The notes: a model not told the origin generated them from the sequence alone. A stretch of DNA of 64,000 nucleotides from Candidatus Woesearchaeota archaeon (GCA_043819495.1 JBDRET010000030.1:5463-69462); one strand, 5' to 3'. Shown: positions 52,523 to 61,293, numbered from the stretch's first letter. Translations and numbers: made by a program.

Positions 52523-52942
52523 ATGGTGGATAGGAGATCAAAAAAGATAAGTGTACTTATTTTCATGTTCGCGATATTCATACTTCTAGTCGTAGTGACT
52601 GCTTCCTGGCTGTATCGCATATATACAGAACAGACAGCGTTCTCTGAGAAGAAGACGATGGCGACAGTGACCTGCAGCCAGTATTATTTTTATATAAATA
52701 ATGAAAGTGTCCTTTATGAGGATGGGAAGATATATTTCGAGATAGAGAACATCATGGGGAAAGATATAGATAAGATTGTGGTACGTACCTCGACAGAAGA
52801 AGCTGTCGTTGATATGGACGGGCTTGGTCAGGGGATAATCCAGCCGGTTACGTTACCTATTGAGGTGATAGAATGGGCCCTGGTCTACCCTGAAGGGTGT
52901 GATGGTGCGAACTTCAAGAACCTTAGCTTTGAGACAGGCTGA
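52523..52942 (+). CDS. small N-terminally anchored protein (possible minor pilin)
   Basis: 139 aa. MVDRRSKKISVLIFMFAIFILLVVV has a basic leader and a hydrophobic helix but no G/A at position -1. Confidence 0.5.
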   Translation: MVDRRSKKISVLIFMFAIFILLVVVTASWLYRIYTEQTAFSEKKTMATVTCSQYYFYINNESVLYEDGKIYFEIENIMGKDIDKIVVRTSTEEAVVDMDGLGQGIIQPVTLPIEVIEWALVYPEGCDGANFKNLSFETG

Positions 52943-52996
52943 TTTGATACTGTCTGACTTTGTGACGGGCTGATTGACTGATGATGGATATTTGCT
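52938..52996. repeat. stop-rich TGATTGA-type spacer repeat (locus 1 of 3)
   Basis: GCTGATTTGATAC...GCTGATTGACTGATGATGGATATTT directly after the stop codon. Confidence 0.5.
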
Positions 52997-53042
52997 GTTG
53001 CCGCATAGTTTGGCGGGACAGAATCAAAAAAGAGGAGATTGA

Positions 53043-53750
53043 ATGGGTATTAAGGCTCAAATATGGGTTTCAGCAATACTGTACATACTTATCATAAGTG
53101 TAGTTATGGTATTGGTACTGAATGCAGGAGTTCCGATAATCAAGGATCTGCAGGACAAGACAGTCTTCACGAGATCCAAGAATACATTTCTGACCCTTAA
53201 TCAGCACATCAATGAGATAAGTGAGGAAGGTGTGGGGTCGCAGAGAGTTATACCTGTAGAGATAGAGAAAGGTTATCTTGAGCTGAAGGATGGTTCTCTT
53301 AAGTGGGATATGCGCACCAATGCAAAGATACTTGAGTCAGGCCAGCAGATAGAGTTAGGCAATCTGTACATATCTTCCAATGCTGATGTATCCTCCCGCA
53401 ATTATGCTGAGAACTATACTCTTGAGAACAATTACCTTAGGGCGACATTCCATAAATGTGAAGACCGCAGTACCTGCGTATTCAATCAGACAGGTATGCT
53501 CTGGCAGTTGGTATTCAAGAATCCTGAATCAGGTGTTGAGACTGCAGCGCTGAATCCTTTTGAGTTCTATTTCGATTCTTCAGGAGGAGCGTGGGAAGCT
53601 TCAGGATATTCCGTGCTTGAGGATGAAGGGTCAAGTCTTGGAGCAGCACGCGTGCTCTTTTACATCAATAATACTGATGCTAGCTACTACAGCGTGATGG
53701 AGTTCACATTGGAGAGCAATAGGGATTTCATGCAGGTGAAGATAAGGTAA
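53043..53750 (+). CDS. pilin-like protein (class III-type signal)
   Basis: MGIKA|QIWVSAILYILIISVVMVLVL, 235 aa. Confidence 0.6.
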   Translation: MGIKAQIWVSAILYILIISVVMVLVLNAGVPIIKDLQDKTVFTRSKNTFLTLNQHINEISEEGVGSQRVIPVEIEKGYLELKDGSLKWDMRTNAKILESGQQIELGNLYISSNADVSSRNYAENYTLENNYLRATFHKCEDRSTCVFNQTGMLWQLVFKNPESGVETAALNPFEFYFDSSGGAWEASGYSVLEDEGSSLGAARVLFYINNTDASYYSVMEFTLESNRDFMQVKIR

Positions 53751-53830
53751 TAGAGAGAATATTCATATATGATAAATTTATGATCACGTAAAATAAAGAT
53801 TTTAAAATAAATGTATAAAAGAGGGATATT

Positions 53831-55972
53831 GTGGCATTTTCATTTTTTGGCAAGAAGAAAACTGAAGAGCAACCAGCTGTGCAGGCTGCGGGTGCTGGTA
53901 AGCAGGTACCTCCTAACGCTGTTCCTAGTGCTCCTGGTTTTGCTTCTGCTGCACCTGGTGCTGTCTCTAAACCTGAGGGATTAGTCATAGAGAAACAGCC
54001 TGCAGCAAAGCCTAACATAATTTTTAGTGCAGGTAATGCTGGTTCTTTGAAGGCTAACCTGGGCAAGATAGCGCATAAGGCAGCACATGATGTTGATATG
54101 GATACTTCATCTGCAATGCTTGATGAGTCTGATCGACCAGGTGAAAAAAAGAGTTTCATTGAGCTGAGTGCAAAGGAATCTAAGACACTCAAAAAAAATG
54201 CTGAGGATGAAGCTGCTGCTAAAAAGGCAAGTGAGAAGGCTGGCGAGAAACCTGCTGTTGAGAAAAAAGGAGTAGCACCTCTGAAGGTCGAAACCAAGGG
54301 AGAAGAGGAATCAAGGGTGTCACATGAAGCAGCAGCTACGGTCGCAGATGATGCTGCATTGGCAGCACCTGGCGGAGAGAATGCGGAAGAAGCTGGTGAC
54401 GAAGAAGGGACTGGAAAGATAGAGACTAAAGAAGGTTTTTACATAGATACTCATCCTAAAATAATAAAGCTTCCGCCTTACGATCAGCGAAGGACATTAA
54501 ATGTGCGCTATCCGCTCATACCACCGTATGCTTACGCCCATATCTATTGGGATGATGAACAGAATGAGCTGATATATTCTATTGAAGAACCTGTTCTTGA
54601 TGAGACTGAGAGAGAACTTTTGGAGCTCGTAAATCTAGGTCTTGAAGAGATGATCAACATAAGTTTTGTGCGTGCCGCAAAATCTCATATTCTGTTGCAA
54701 TACCTTGAGAAGAACGTGCAAAGCATTCTTGTGGAGTTAGGCACTAAAGTTAATCGTAAGACATACCATAAGATAATGTATTATGTATACAGGAATTCTG
54801 TAGGGCTCAATGAGATAGAACCATTGCTGAATGATTATTATGTAGAAGATATAGAATGCAATGGTTGTAACTTTCCTCTCTACATAGTGCATCGTGTCTA
54901 TCAGAACATAAAGAGTACAGTAGAGTTTAAAGACCTTGCATACATGACTGATTTTGTTGAGAAATTAGCCCAGAAGACTGGTAGGTATATCTCTTATGCA
55001 AAGCCGCTTTTGGATGGGACTCTTCCGGACGGATCAAGGGTTAATGCTACATACACTGAGGACGTAACAACTAGAGGACCTACTTTCACGATAAGGAAAT
55101 TTACAAAGGAGCCTTGGACTCCAGTTCATCTTATTAAATCTAAGACGGTGACTGCAGAAGCTTTTGCTTATCTTTGGTTAGTCATAGAGCATAAATTTAA
55201 CATGATGGTTGTGGGAGAGACTGCATCTGGAAAGACCACTTTCCTGAATTGCATTGTTGATTTTATTCCTCCTGAAGCAAGGATATGTTCGATCGAAGAT
55301 ACTCGTGAGCTTAACCTGGCGCACATAAACTGGTTGCCTGCAGTGACAAGAGCAGGTTTTGGCGCAACAGATGCTGCAGGTATACAGTTCGGAGAAATTA
55401 CTCTGTTTGATCTTCTGAGAGAGAGCTTCAGGCAGAATCCTGATTATGTCATTGTGGGAGAGATAAGGGGTAAGGAAGCATATGTATTGTTCCAAGGTAT
55501 GGCATCAGGCCATCCATCATTCTCTACATTCCACGCAGCTTCAGTCGATACTGTAGTGAAGAGGTTGGAGACTCCTCCGATTAACTTGTCACCTTCACTT
55601 GTGGAGGCGCTTGATGTCGTTTGCATATGTATTCACGTCAAGGATCAGGAGCGTAACGTAAGAAGGTTAAAGGAAGTAGATGAGATAATTGGGATTGAGC
55701 AAGCTCTTGGTAAGGCAAATTATAATGCAGTATTTGAGTTTGACCCTGCAAGTGATAAGATAATATTCAATGGTAAGCCCACTATCTTTGAGAGGATAAT
55801 AAAGAAGACAGGTATGACTTATGCACAGCTAAAAGCAGAGATGGACACGCGTACAGCGCTCTTGAATAAGATGGTTGAGCAGAACATATCTAACTTTGAA
55901 AAGTTCAATGAAGTAGTTAATAATTATTACAAGGATCCTAATATGGTAAGGAAGCAGTTTGGTATAAAGTGA
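53831..55972 (+). CDS. type II/IV secretion-system ATPase (FlaI/PilB/GspE family) with ~200-aa low-complexity N-extension
   Basis: 713 aa. Walker A VVGETASGKTTFLN, Asp box ICSIEDTRELNL, Walker B PDYVIVGEIRGKEA, His box GHPSFSTFHA. GTG start with an AGAGGG SD. Confidence 0.9.
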   Translation: MAFSFFGKKKTEEQPAVQAAGAGKQVPPNAVPSAPGFASAAPGAVSKPEGLVIEKQPAAKPNIIFSAGNAGSLKANLGKIAHKAAHDVDMDTSSAMLDESDRPGEKKSFIELSAKESKTLKKNAEDEAAAKKASEKAGEKPAVEKKGVAPLKVETKGEEESRVSHEAAATVADDAALAAPGGENAEEAGDEEGTGKIETKEGFYIDTHPKIIKLPPYDQRRTLNVRYPLIPPYAYAHIYWDDEQNELIYSIEEPVLDETERELLELVNLGLEEMINISFVRAAKSHILLQYLEKNVQSILVELGTKVNRKTYHKIMYYVYRNSVGLNEIEPLLNDYYVEDIECNGCNFPLYIVHRVYQNIKSTVEFKDLAYMTDFVEKLAQKTGRYISYAKPLLDGTLPDGSRVNATYTEDVTTRGPTFTIRKFTKEPWTPVHLIKSKTVTAEAFAYLWLVIEHKFNMMVVGETASGKTTFLNCIVDFIPPEARICSIEDTRELNLAHINWLPAVTRAGFGATDAAGIQFGEITLFDLLRESFRQNPDYVIVGEIRGKEAYVLFQGMASGHPSFSTFHAASVDTVVKRLETPPINLSPSLVEALDVVCICIHVKDQERNVRRLKEVDEIIGIEQALGKANYNAVFEFDPASDKIIFNGKPTIFERIIKKTGMTYAQLKAEMDTRTALLNKMVEQNISNFEKFNEVVNNYYKDPNMVRKQFGIK

Positions 55973-56037
55973 AAGTAGTTTGGTATGTTTGATATGAAAT
56001 GAATTTTGATACACAATATCCTGTTTAGGTGTGGTTT

Positions 56038-56268
56038 ATGAAAAACGATAACACTACAGATTACATAATTGAGATTGATGAGAGCATGCGTGAGATTGCT
56101 GCTCTTGATGAGTTATACACAGAGCTTGTAGGATCTAGTCCGGAGAGCGATAGGGAGATGAAGATCAAGCAGGACGAGGCGAAGTTTGCAAGGGACAGGA
56201 TACTGAGATTGTCGATGCATATCAAGAACCGCCTGGCCAAGATAGAATCACATGAGAAGCTTAAGTGA
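56038..56268 (+). CDS. small coiled-coil protein
   Basis: 76 aa with SD GGTG 6 nt upstream of the ATG at 56038. Charged heptad-like sequence of unknown family. Confidence 0.5.
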   Translation: MKNDNTTDYIIEIDESMREIAALDELYTELVGSSPESDREMKIKQDEAKFARDRILRLSMHIKNRLAKIESHEKLK

Positions 56269-56326
56269 TTGAGTGATATTAAGTGAGTGATATTGATTGA
56301 GTGATAAATATTGATTGATGGATATT
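56263..56326. repeat. stop-rich degenerate tandem repeat (locus 2 of 3)
   Basis: AAGTGATTGAGTGATATT / AAGTGAGTGATATT / GATTGAGTGATAAATATT / GATTGATGGATATT. Confidence 0.6.
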
Positions 56327-56367
56327 GTTCGTGTCAGGGTGTCAGGTTTTTGATTTCAGTTTGATTC

Positions 56368-58725
56368 GTGAGTGGGGGGCAACACGCGGCTGTGATGATG
56401 GTTTACAGTCTTGTGGTGTTATTGGTTGCCTCATATGGACAAGATAAGATGAAGAATATACAAGTGCTTGTCAATAAGGTGCTGGAACTTGTGTCCGAGG
56501 TAGAGACATATATATTCTATAAAGAAAACTTCCTGAAGTCTTTTGAGAGAGCATTTGATGATTATCAGAGAGGAAAGCTCACTTATTTCCAGTATGAGAA
56601 AGCGCAGAAGAAGATCCTGAAAGGCAAGACCAAGGAAGAATGGACTAATTATTACGATGCGTATGTTCTCTCTTTACTGAAGCGGATTGAAACATACAAT
56701 TCTCAGATATTCTATGATGCATATACTGATACCAGTTATACGCGGATAACGACCGTTGCACCTGCACCAGTCGTTGAGAAGAGAACTGAACCAGAGCGTA
56801 TCAAGAAGGCTCATGCAGTGGAGGCAAGACCTGCTCCGGAAGAGAAGCCAAAGCCAAGAGTGCAAAAGAAGAAGGTTGAACTGGAAGAACCTGTTGCACC
56901 TGTTGCAGTAGAAGAGACTGAACAGATACCTCTTGAGGCAGAAGAATTTGCTCCGGAGATGCCTGAAGTGAAACTGGTAGAGGTCAGATTATCTATCATC
57001 GATAAGGTTGTCCTGTTCTTCAAGCACATTTTCGTCAAGAAAGAAGTCGATAAGATGATCGACAGGATAAAGGCAGATTCTACAGCGGTCAAGAAAGGCG
57101 AGGTCACTGAGGCAGTCAGAGAAAGTGTTTCAGGAGCTGCTGAAGAGGAGTTCAAGGCAGTGCCTATCGAGCTTCCTGAAGCAAGACCGATACCGGCACC
57201 TATTGATGAGCCTGAAAAAAGACCATTCCATGAGCGCATAGGTGATTATGAAGATGATATGGAGCGCGCAGAGATAAAGATGGTGATCAAGGCTCCTGAA
57301 AAGGTAACGATTGAAGAGAAGTTTGATTTGGTGTCTTGGTTTAAGAAAATTTTTGCATTCAAGAAAGTTGCGGATGAGACTGAAGGAATACAGATTGGTG
57401 CAAGAGCAGGTGAGACTGTAATTCCTGAAACAGAGCGGCAGAAGAAAGGCGAGTTTGATATTCTAGAAAATATCAAAGAACCAAGTATGTTAGACAAGCT
57501 TACGCGGATGTGGAAGAAACCAAAAGAAGAATCTGCTCTATTGGTTCCTGAAGAGGAGTTCCATGCTATCAAGGCTATCAAGACAGATGAAGCCAGTGTC
57601 AGCATGGGTGGTGGCCTGATAGAGTCTATAAGGAATATGTTTGACAGGAACAGGAAGGTACACCTGACTGAAGATAAATCACACATCCCATTCTCTACCA
57701 TGCATCTGGAGACATTGAGACGTAAATCAAAGCCCGAGATAACAGCTCAGATAGAAAAGATTACGGCAACCTCTCTGCAAAAGGAGGCAAAGAGGATACG
57801 CCATATAATGGGTAAGAGGAAGGCATTGAAGATTTATCAGCCTTCATACTTTGGTGCTGTTGCGAATATAGCGATCAAGAGGATGAGTCTTTTCCTACTT
57901 GACCAGTTCCCTGAGTTCTTCAAGGACCTCTACCATGCATTGAGGCTGGCCAATATCAAGATACTTTCCAATACTTATGTCAATATGATGGTGCTCGGAA
58001 CTATCGCAAGCTGGTTCGGCGGCCTCATATTTTTCGGCATGTTCTTTTTTGCATCAGCATTACCGATCGAACAGATATTCTTCAGGACAGTCATGATGTC
58101 AGTACTATCAGGGCTTGCGGGCTTTGCAGGATTCTATGCTTATCCTTATTCAAAACTAAAACAAAGAAGAAGGTCAATCAATACCAATCTTCCTTTCGCG
58201 ATAAATCATATGGCTGCAGTATCATCTTCAGGTGTGGCTCCTGCAAAGATGTTTAAGATGATTTCAGAATCTAAAGAGTATGGGGAATTCTCTGCAGAGA
58301 TTGAGAAGATAGTGAATTATGTGGACATATTCGGTTATGACTTATTGACTGCATTGAAATCAGTCGCTGCTACAAGCCCGTCTTTTGCTTTTAAGGATTT
58401 TCTTGAAGGCATGGTATCTACTACCCAGACAGGAGGGGATCTTAAATCCTACTTTAGTCAGAAGGCAGAAGAGGCAATGCTTAATTACAAGATGGAGCGT
58501 CAGGAGTATACTGAGACGATCGCCACTTACTCTGATATTTACACAGGGATACTTATCGCTGCTCCGTTATTTTTCGTTGCAGCATTGTCATTAGTGAGCC
58601 TGCTTGGAGGTAAAGTGGGTGGTATGAGTGTCAATACAATAATTGTTATAGGGACGTATATGGTGATCCCATTCATGAATGTGGCATTCCTGACGTTCCT
58701 TGAGCTGACACAGCCAGAGGTATGA
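56368..58725 (+). CDS. pilus platform protein, T2SS-F (FlaJ/TadC/PilC) domain 1, with ~450-aa charged N-terminal extension
   Basis: 785 aa. The C-terminal third has TM pairs flanking LPFAINHMAAVSSSGVAPAKMFKMI...DFLEGMVSTTQTGGDLKSYF. Start uncertain (GTG at 56368 or ATG at 56395). Confidence 0.8.
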   Translation: MSGGQHAAVMMVYSLVVLLVASYGQDKMKNIQVLVNKVLELVSEVETYIFYKENFLKSFERAFDDYQRGKLTYFQYEKAQKKILKGKTKEEWTNYYDAYVLSLLKRIETYNSQIFYDAYTDTSYTRITTVAPAPVVEKRTEPERIKKAHAVEARPAPEEKPKPRVQKKKVELEEPVAPVAVEETEQIPLEAEEFAPEMPEVKLVEVRLSIIDKVVLFFKHIFVKKEVDKMIDRIKADSTAVKKGEVTEAVRESVSGAAEEEFKAVPIELPEARPIPAPIDEPEKRPFHERIGDYEDDMERAEIKMVIKAPEKVTIEEKFDLVSWFKKIFAFKKVADETEGIQIGARAGETVIPETERQKKGEFDILENIKEPSMLDKLTRMWKKPKEESALLVPEEEFHAIKAIKTDEASVSMGGGLIESIRNMFDRNRKVHLTEDKSHIPFSTMHLETLRRKSKPEITAQIEKITATSLQKEAKRIRHIMGKRKALKIYQPSYFGAVANIAIKRMSLFLLDQFPEFFKDLYHALRLANIKILSNTYVNMMVLGTIASWFGGLIFFGMFFFASALPIEQIFFRTVMMSVLSGLAGFAGFYAYPYSKLKQRRRSINTNLPFAINHMAAVSSSGVAPAKMFKMISESKEYGEFSAEIEKIVNYVDIFGYDLLTALKSVAATSPSFAFKDFLEGMVSTTQTGGDLKSYFSQKAEEAMLNYKMERQEYTETIATYSDIYTGILIAAPLFFVAALSLVSLLGGKVGGMSVNTIIVIGTYMVIPFMNVAFLTFLELTQPEV

Positions 58726-58737
58726 GGTTATGATACT

Positions 58738-59661
58738 ATGCATCTAGTGGTTGAAAAGAGACACATCATCTCGATGGTGTTCGGTATAGTCTTCCTAGGT
58801 GTAGATTTCTTCTTTTTCATGAATACTACTTGGTTCATACCGCTGATAGTCATCGCTCTGAGCATAGGCTGGAGCCAGTTCTGGATAGATTACTTTGTCA
58901 ATACCAAGAGGCAGAAAGAGATAGAGTCGATGTTCCCTGAGTTCGTCAGGAATCTTGTAGGCGCGATAAAGTCAGGCATGCCGGTGAGCAAGGCGATCAT
59001 ATACGTAGCACATACTGATTACGGGGCACTGACACCTTACGTGATAAAGCTTGCAAACCAGGTCGAATGGGCAATACCAGTGCACAAGGCATTGTTGAAC
59101 TTCGCAAATGAGACGGATAATGGTGTGATCAAGAGGAGCATCGCGACAGTGATCGAGGCAGAGATCTCCGGAGGTAACATGGAGGACGTGCTTGAGACTG
59201 TGACATCTTCAGTGATCGAGATCAAGAAGATAAAGCTTGCCCGAAAGACCAGCATCCATTCACAGCTCGTGCAGAGCTATATCATATTCATAGTTTTCTT
59301 AGGTGTCATGGTAGTCATCCAGAACCTTCTCATTCCGTACATAGCAGACATAGAGACAAAGAACGTGGATGGTATGAGCGAGGGTGCAGGGATGTCACTG
59401 AGCTCAGCATCATTAGGGGGCGTATTGAGTCCTATCCAGATAGATTACTCTTCTCTTGGCGCATTCTTAGGCACTTTTGGAGCATGGTTGGTATCAATAA
59501 GAGGGGTGTTCCTCATGCTCTCGCAGATCCAGGCATTGTTCGCAGGGCTGGTCCTAGGAAAGCTCTCTGAAGGTGACATAAAGACGGGAGTCAAGCATTC
59601 CCTGATATTGATGACAATAGCATTCTTCGTGATATCATTGGCTCAGGGCGCAATGGGTTAA
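58738..59661 (+). CDS. pilus platform protein, T2SS-F domain 2 (separate gene)
   Basis: 307 aa with FPEFVRNLVGAIKSGMPVSKAI...VIEAEISGGNMEDVLETV and flanking TM helices. Confidence 0.8.
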   Translation: MHLVVEKRHIISMVFGIVFLGVDFFFFMNTTWFIPLIVIALSIGWSQFWIDYFVNTKRQKEIESMFPEFVRNLVGAIKSGMPVSKAIIYVAHTDYGALTPYVIKLANQVEWAIPVHKALLNFANETDNGVIKRSIATVIEAEISGGNMEDVLETVTSSVIEIKKIKLARKTSIHSQLVQSYIIFIVFLGVMVVIQNLLIPYIADIETKNVDGMSEGAGMSLSSASLGGVLSPIQIDYSSLGAFLGTFGAWLVSIRGVFLMLSQIQALFAGLVLGKLSEGDIKTGVKHSLILMTIAFFVISLAQGAMG

Positions 59662-59684
59662 GCATTTACAGTACTATTAGCTCT

Positions 59685-59788
59685 AGTACCAACGCCGCCT
59701 AGCGAGCTGACGAGATTGACTTCTAAAAAAGATGCAGTAGGGCAGACAGTAGCAGGAACTGAAGCATAGCGAGCGCTGCGTTGGTACT
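59685..59788. other. hairpin element C (11-bp perfect stem enclosing 82 nt, unclassified)
   Basis: AGTACCAACGC (59685-59695) pairs with GCGTTGGTACT (59778-59788). The interior is GC-rich and contains TAGCGAGC twice. Confidence 0.3.
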
Positions 59789-59811
59789 TTATTGTGGAGT
59801 GTTTGCAATAC

Positions 59812-59821
59812 TTTTTTATAT
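59812..59821 (+). promoter_or_regulatory. TATA-box candidate (TTTTTTATAT)
   Basis: About 27 nt upstream of the ATG at 59844, which suggests a leaderless transcript. Confidence 0.4.
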
Positions 59822-59843
59822 CCCTGCTCTTTAATAGACTCAC

Positions 59844-60638
59844 ATGAAAATAACCCTTAATTCCAAGAAGTCTGTAGAGCAGAATGCGCAGGAATACTTT
59901 GAGAAGGCAAAGCAGGCGCGCAAGAAGCTTGAGGGTGCGAAGAAAGCATTGTTGATATTTGGGAAGACGCTGGAAGAGGAACAGCTGGATAAGGAAGATA
60001 AGATGGATAAGCTCAAGGCAGAGCATAAGAGGCAGGCAGAGAAAGTCATAAGGAAGCAGGAGTGGTATGAGAAGTTCAGATGGTTCATATCTTCTGAGGG
60101 ATTCCTTGTCATCGGAGGCAGGGATGCGACTACAAATGAGATAATAATCAAGAAGCACACTGAAAAGAATGATATTGTTTTTCATACAGACATGGCAGGT
60201 TCTCCTTTCTTTGTCATAAAGACCGAAGGGAAGACTCCTGGAGAAGATACTCTGCAGGAAGTCGCGGATGCTACGCTCTGTTTCTCTCGTGCATGGAAGA
60301 TGGGACTAGGTACGACCCCGACATTCTGGGTCATGCCTGATCAGGTCACAAAGGAAGCTAACCAGGGGGAGTATGTACCTAAGGGTGCATTCATGATAAG
60401 AGGTAAGACTAATTACATCACACCTACAGCGGCTTGTGCAATCGGTGCTATTGAGGATGGAAGGATCATGTGCGCACCGTCGAGTGCTGTGAAGAAGCAT
60501 TGCAGGCAGTACCTGAATATAATCCAAGGTTCTAAGAAATCATCTGACATAGCAAAGATGGTCAGGAAGAAGTTTGGCGGAGAGCTTGACGAGATAATCA
60601 AGTCGCTCCCTAGCGGTGGAATCGATGTCAAGGAATGA
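59844..60638 (+). CDS. short NFACT-family protein (coiled coil plus NFACT-R/DUF814 RNA-binding domain; Rqc2/FbpA-related)
   Basis: 264 aa. WYEKFRWFISSEGFLVIGGRDATTNEIIIKKHTEKNDIVFHTDMAGSPFFVIK is the DUF814 core. No NFACT-N domain is present. Confidence 0.75.
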   Translation: MKITLNSKKSVEQNAQEYFEKAKQARKKLEGAKKALLIFGKTLEEEQLDKEDKMDKLKAEHKRQAEKVIRKQEWYEKFRWFISSEGFLVIGGRDATTNEIIIKKHTEKNDIVFHTDMAGSPFFVIKTEGKTPGEDTLQEVADATLCFSRAWKMGLGTTPTFWVMPDQVTKEANQGEYVPKGAFMIRGKTNYITPTAACAIGAIEDGRIMCAPSSAVKKHCRQYLNIIQGSKKSSDIAKMVRKKFGGELDEIIKSLPSGGIDVKE

Positions 60639-61089
60639 TCATAATGATTGTCTCAGGCATCTGGGAATTATTGTCCGTCAATGCCGGAAGGAGGATCATG
60701 ATTTTGTATACCGTCTTGCCCTTCAGATAAAGCCATATGTAGAGAAGCTCACCAGATGGGACAGGAAGTATTTTGATGATGATTTCAAGAGGACATATAA
60801 GTCAGGAGCGATCCTGCTGAGAGGCAAGAGGAGGATAGGGATGTTCCAGCTTAAGCATAATTTCACGAATATTTATATCGCAAGGATATATCTTTCACCA
60901 GCATATCACGGTCAAGGCATAGGGAAGGCATTGATGCAGTATTTTGAGACTGTTGCAGCTGAAAGGCATAAGAGAAAGATCCATCTGCACGTCTGGAAGG
61001 GCAATCCTGCAATCAGGTTCTACCGTAAGTTGGGATACAGGACGATAGAGGATAAGAACAATAAGATACTTATGGAGAAGCGCATCTGA
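60616..61089 (+). CDS. GNAT family N-acetyltransferase
   Basis: 157 aa with the acetyl-CoA motif YHGQGIGKALMQYFE. It overlaps the preceding gene by 23 nt, so the start may be further downstream. Confidence 0.75.
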   Translation: MESMSRNDHNDCLRHLGIIVRQCRKEDHDFVYRLALQIKPYVEKLTRWDRKYFDDDFKRTYKSGAILLRGKRRIGMFQLKHNFTNIYIARIYLSPAYHGQGIGKALMQYFETVAAERHKRKIHLHVWKGNPAIRFYRKLGYRTIEDKNNKILMEKRI

Positions 61090-61125
61090 GTCAACTGCTG
61101 TTGATGAAACTGTTGTGGTGATAAA

Positions 61126-61293
61126 ATGTTAAAGACCATCCAATACACTCTCGGAATTTCACTGATATTATTAGGCATAGCTGGCCTTTTCCTGCCTATT
61201 TTGCAAGGCATCCTACTCATAGGTTTGGGCATCCTAGTCCTAAGAGGCCATAAGGTCAAGGATGTCTGGCATAATATTAGGCGTAAGAAATAA
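61126..61293 (+). CDS. small hydrophobic protein (55 aa, below the track cutoff)
   Basis: My translation is MLKTIQYTLGISLILLGIAGLFLPILQGILLIGLGILVLRGHKVKDVWHNIRRKK, with two TM-like segments and a basic tail, followed by a T6 run. Confidence 0.45.
   Translation: MLKTIQYTLGISLILLGIAGLFLPILQGILLIGLGILVLRGHKVKDVWHNIRRKK

Noticed and set aside
4270-59661. Interpretation of the pilin/ATPase/platform genes as an archaellum (flagellum) operon
   Set aside because: No FlaC/D/E, FlaF, FlaG, FlaH or FlaX-like genes are present. The ATPase and platform are accompanied only by pilin-like proteins, which fits an adhesive type IV pilus.
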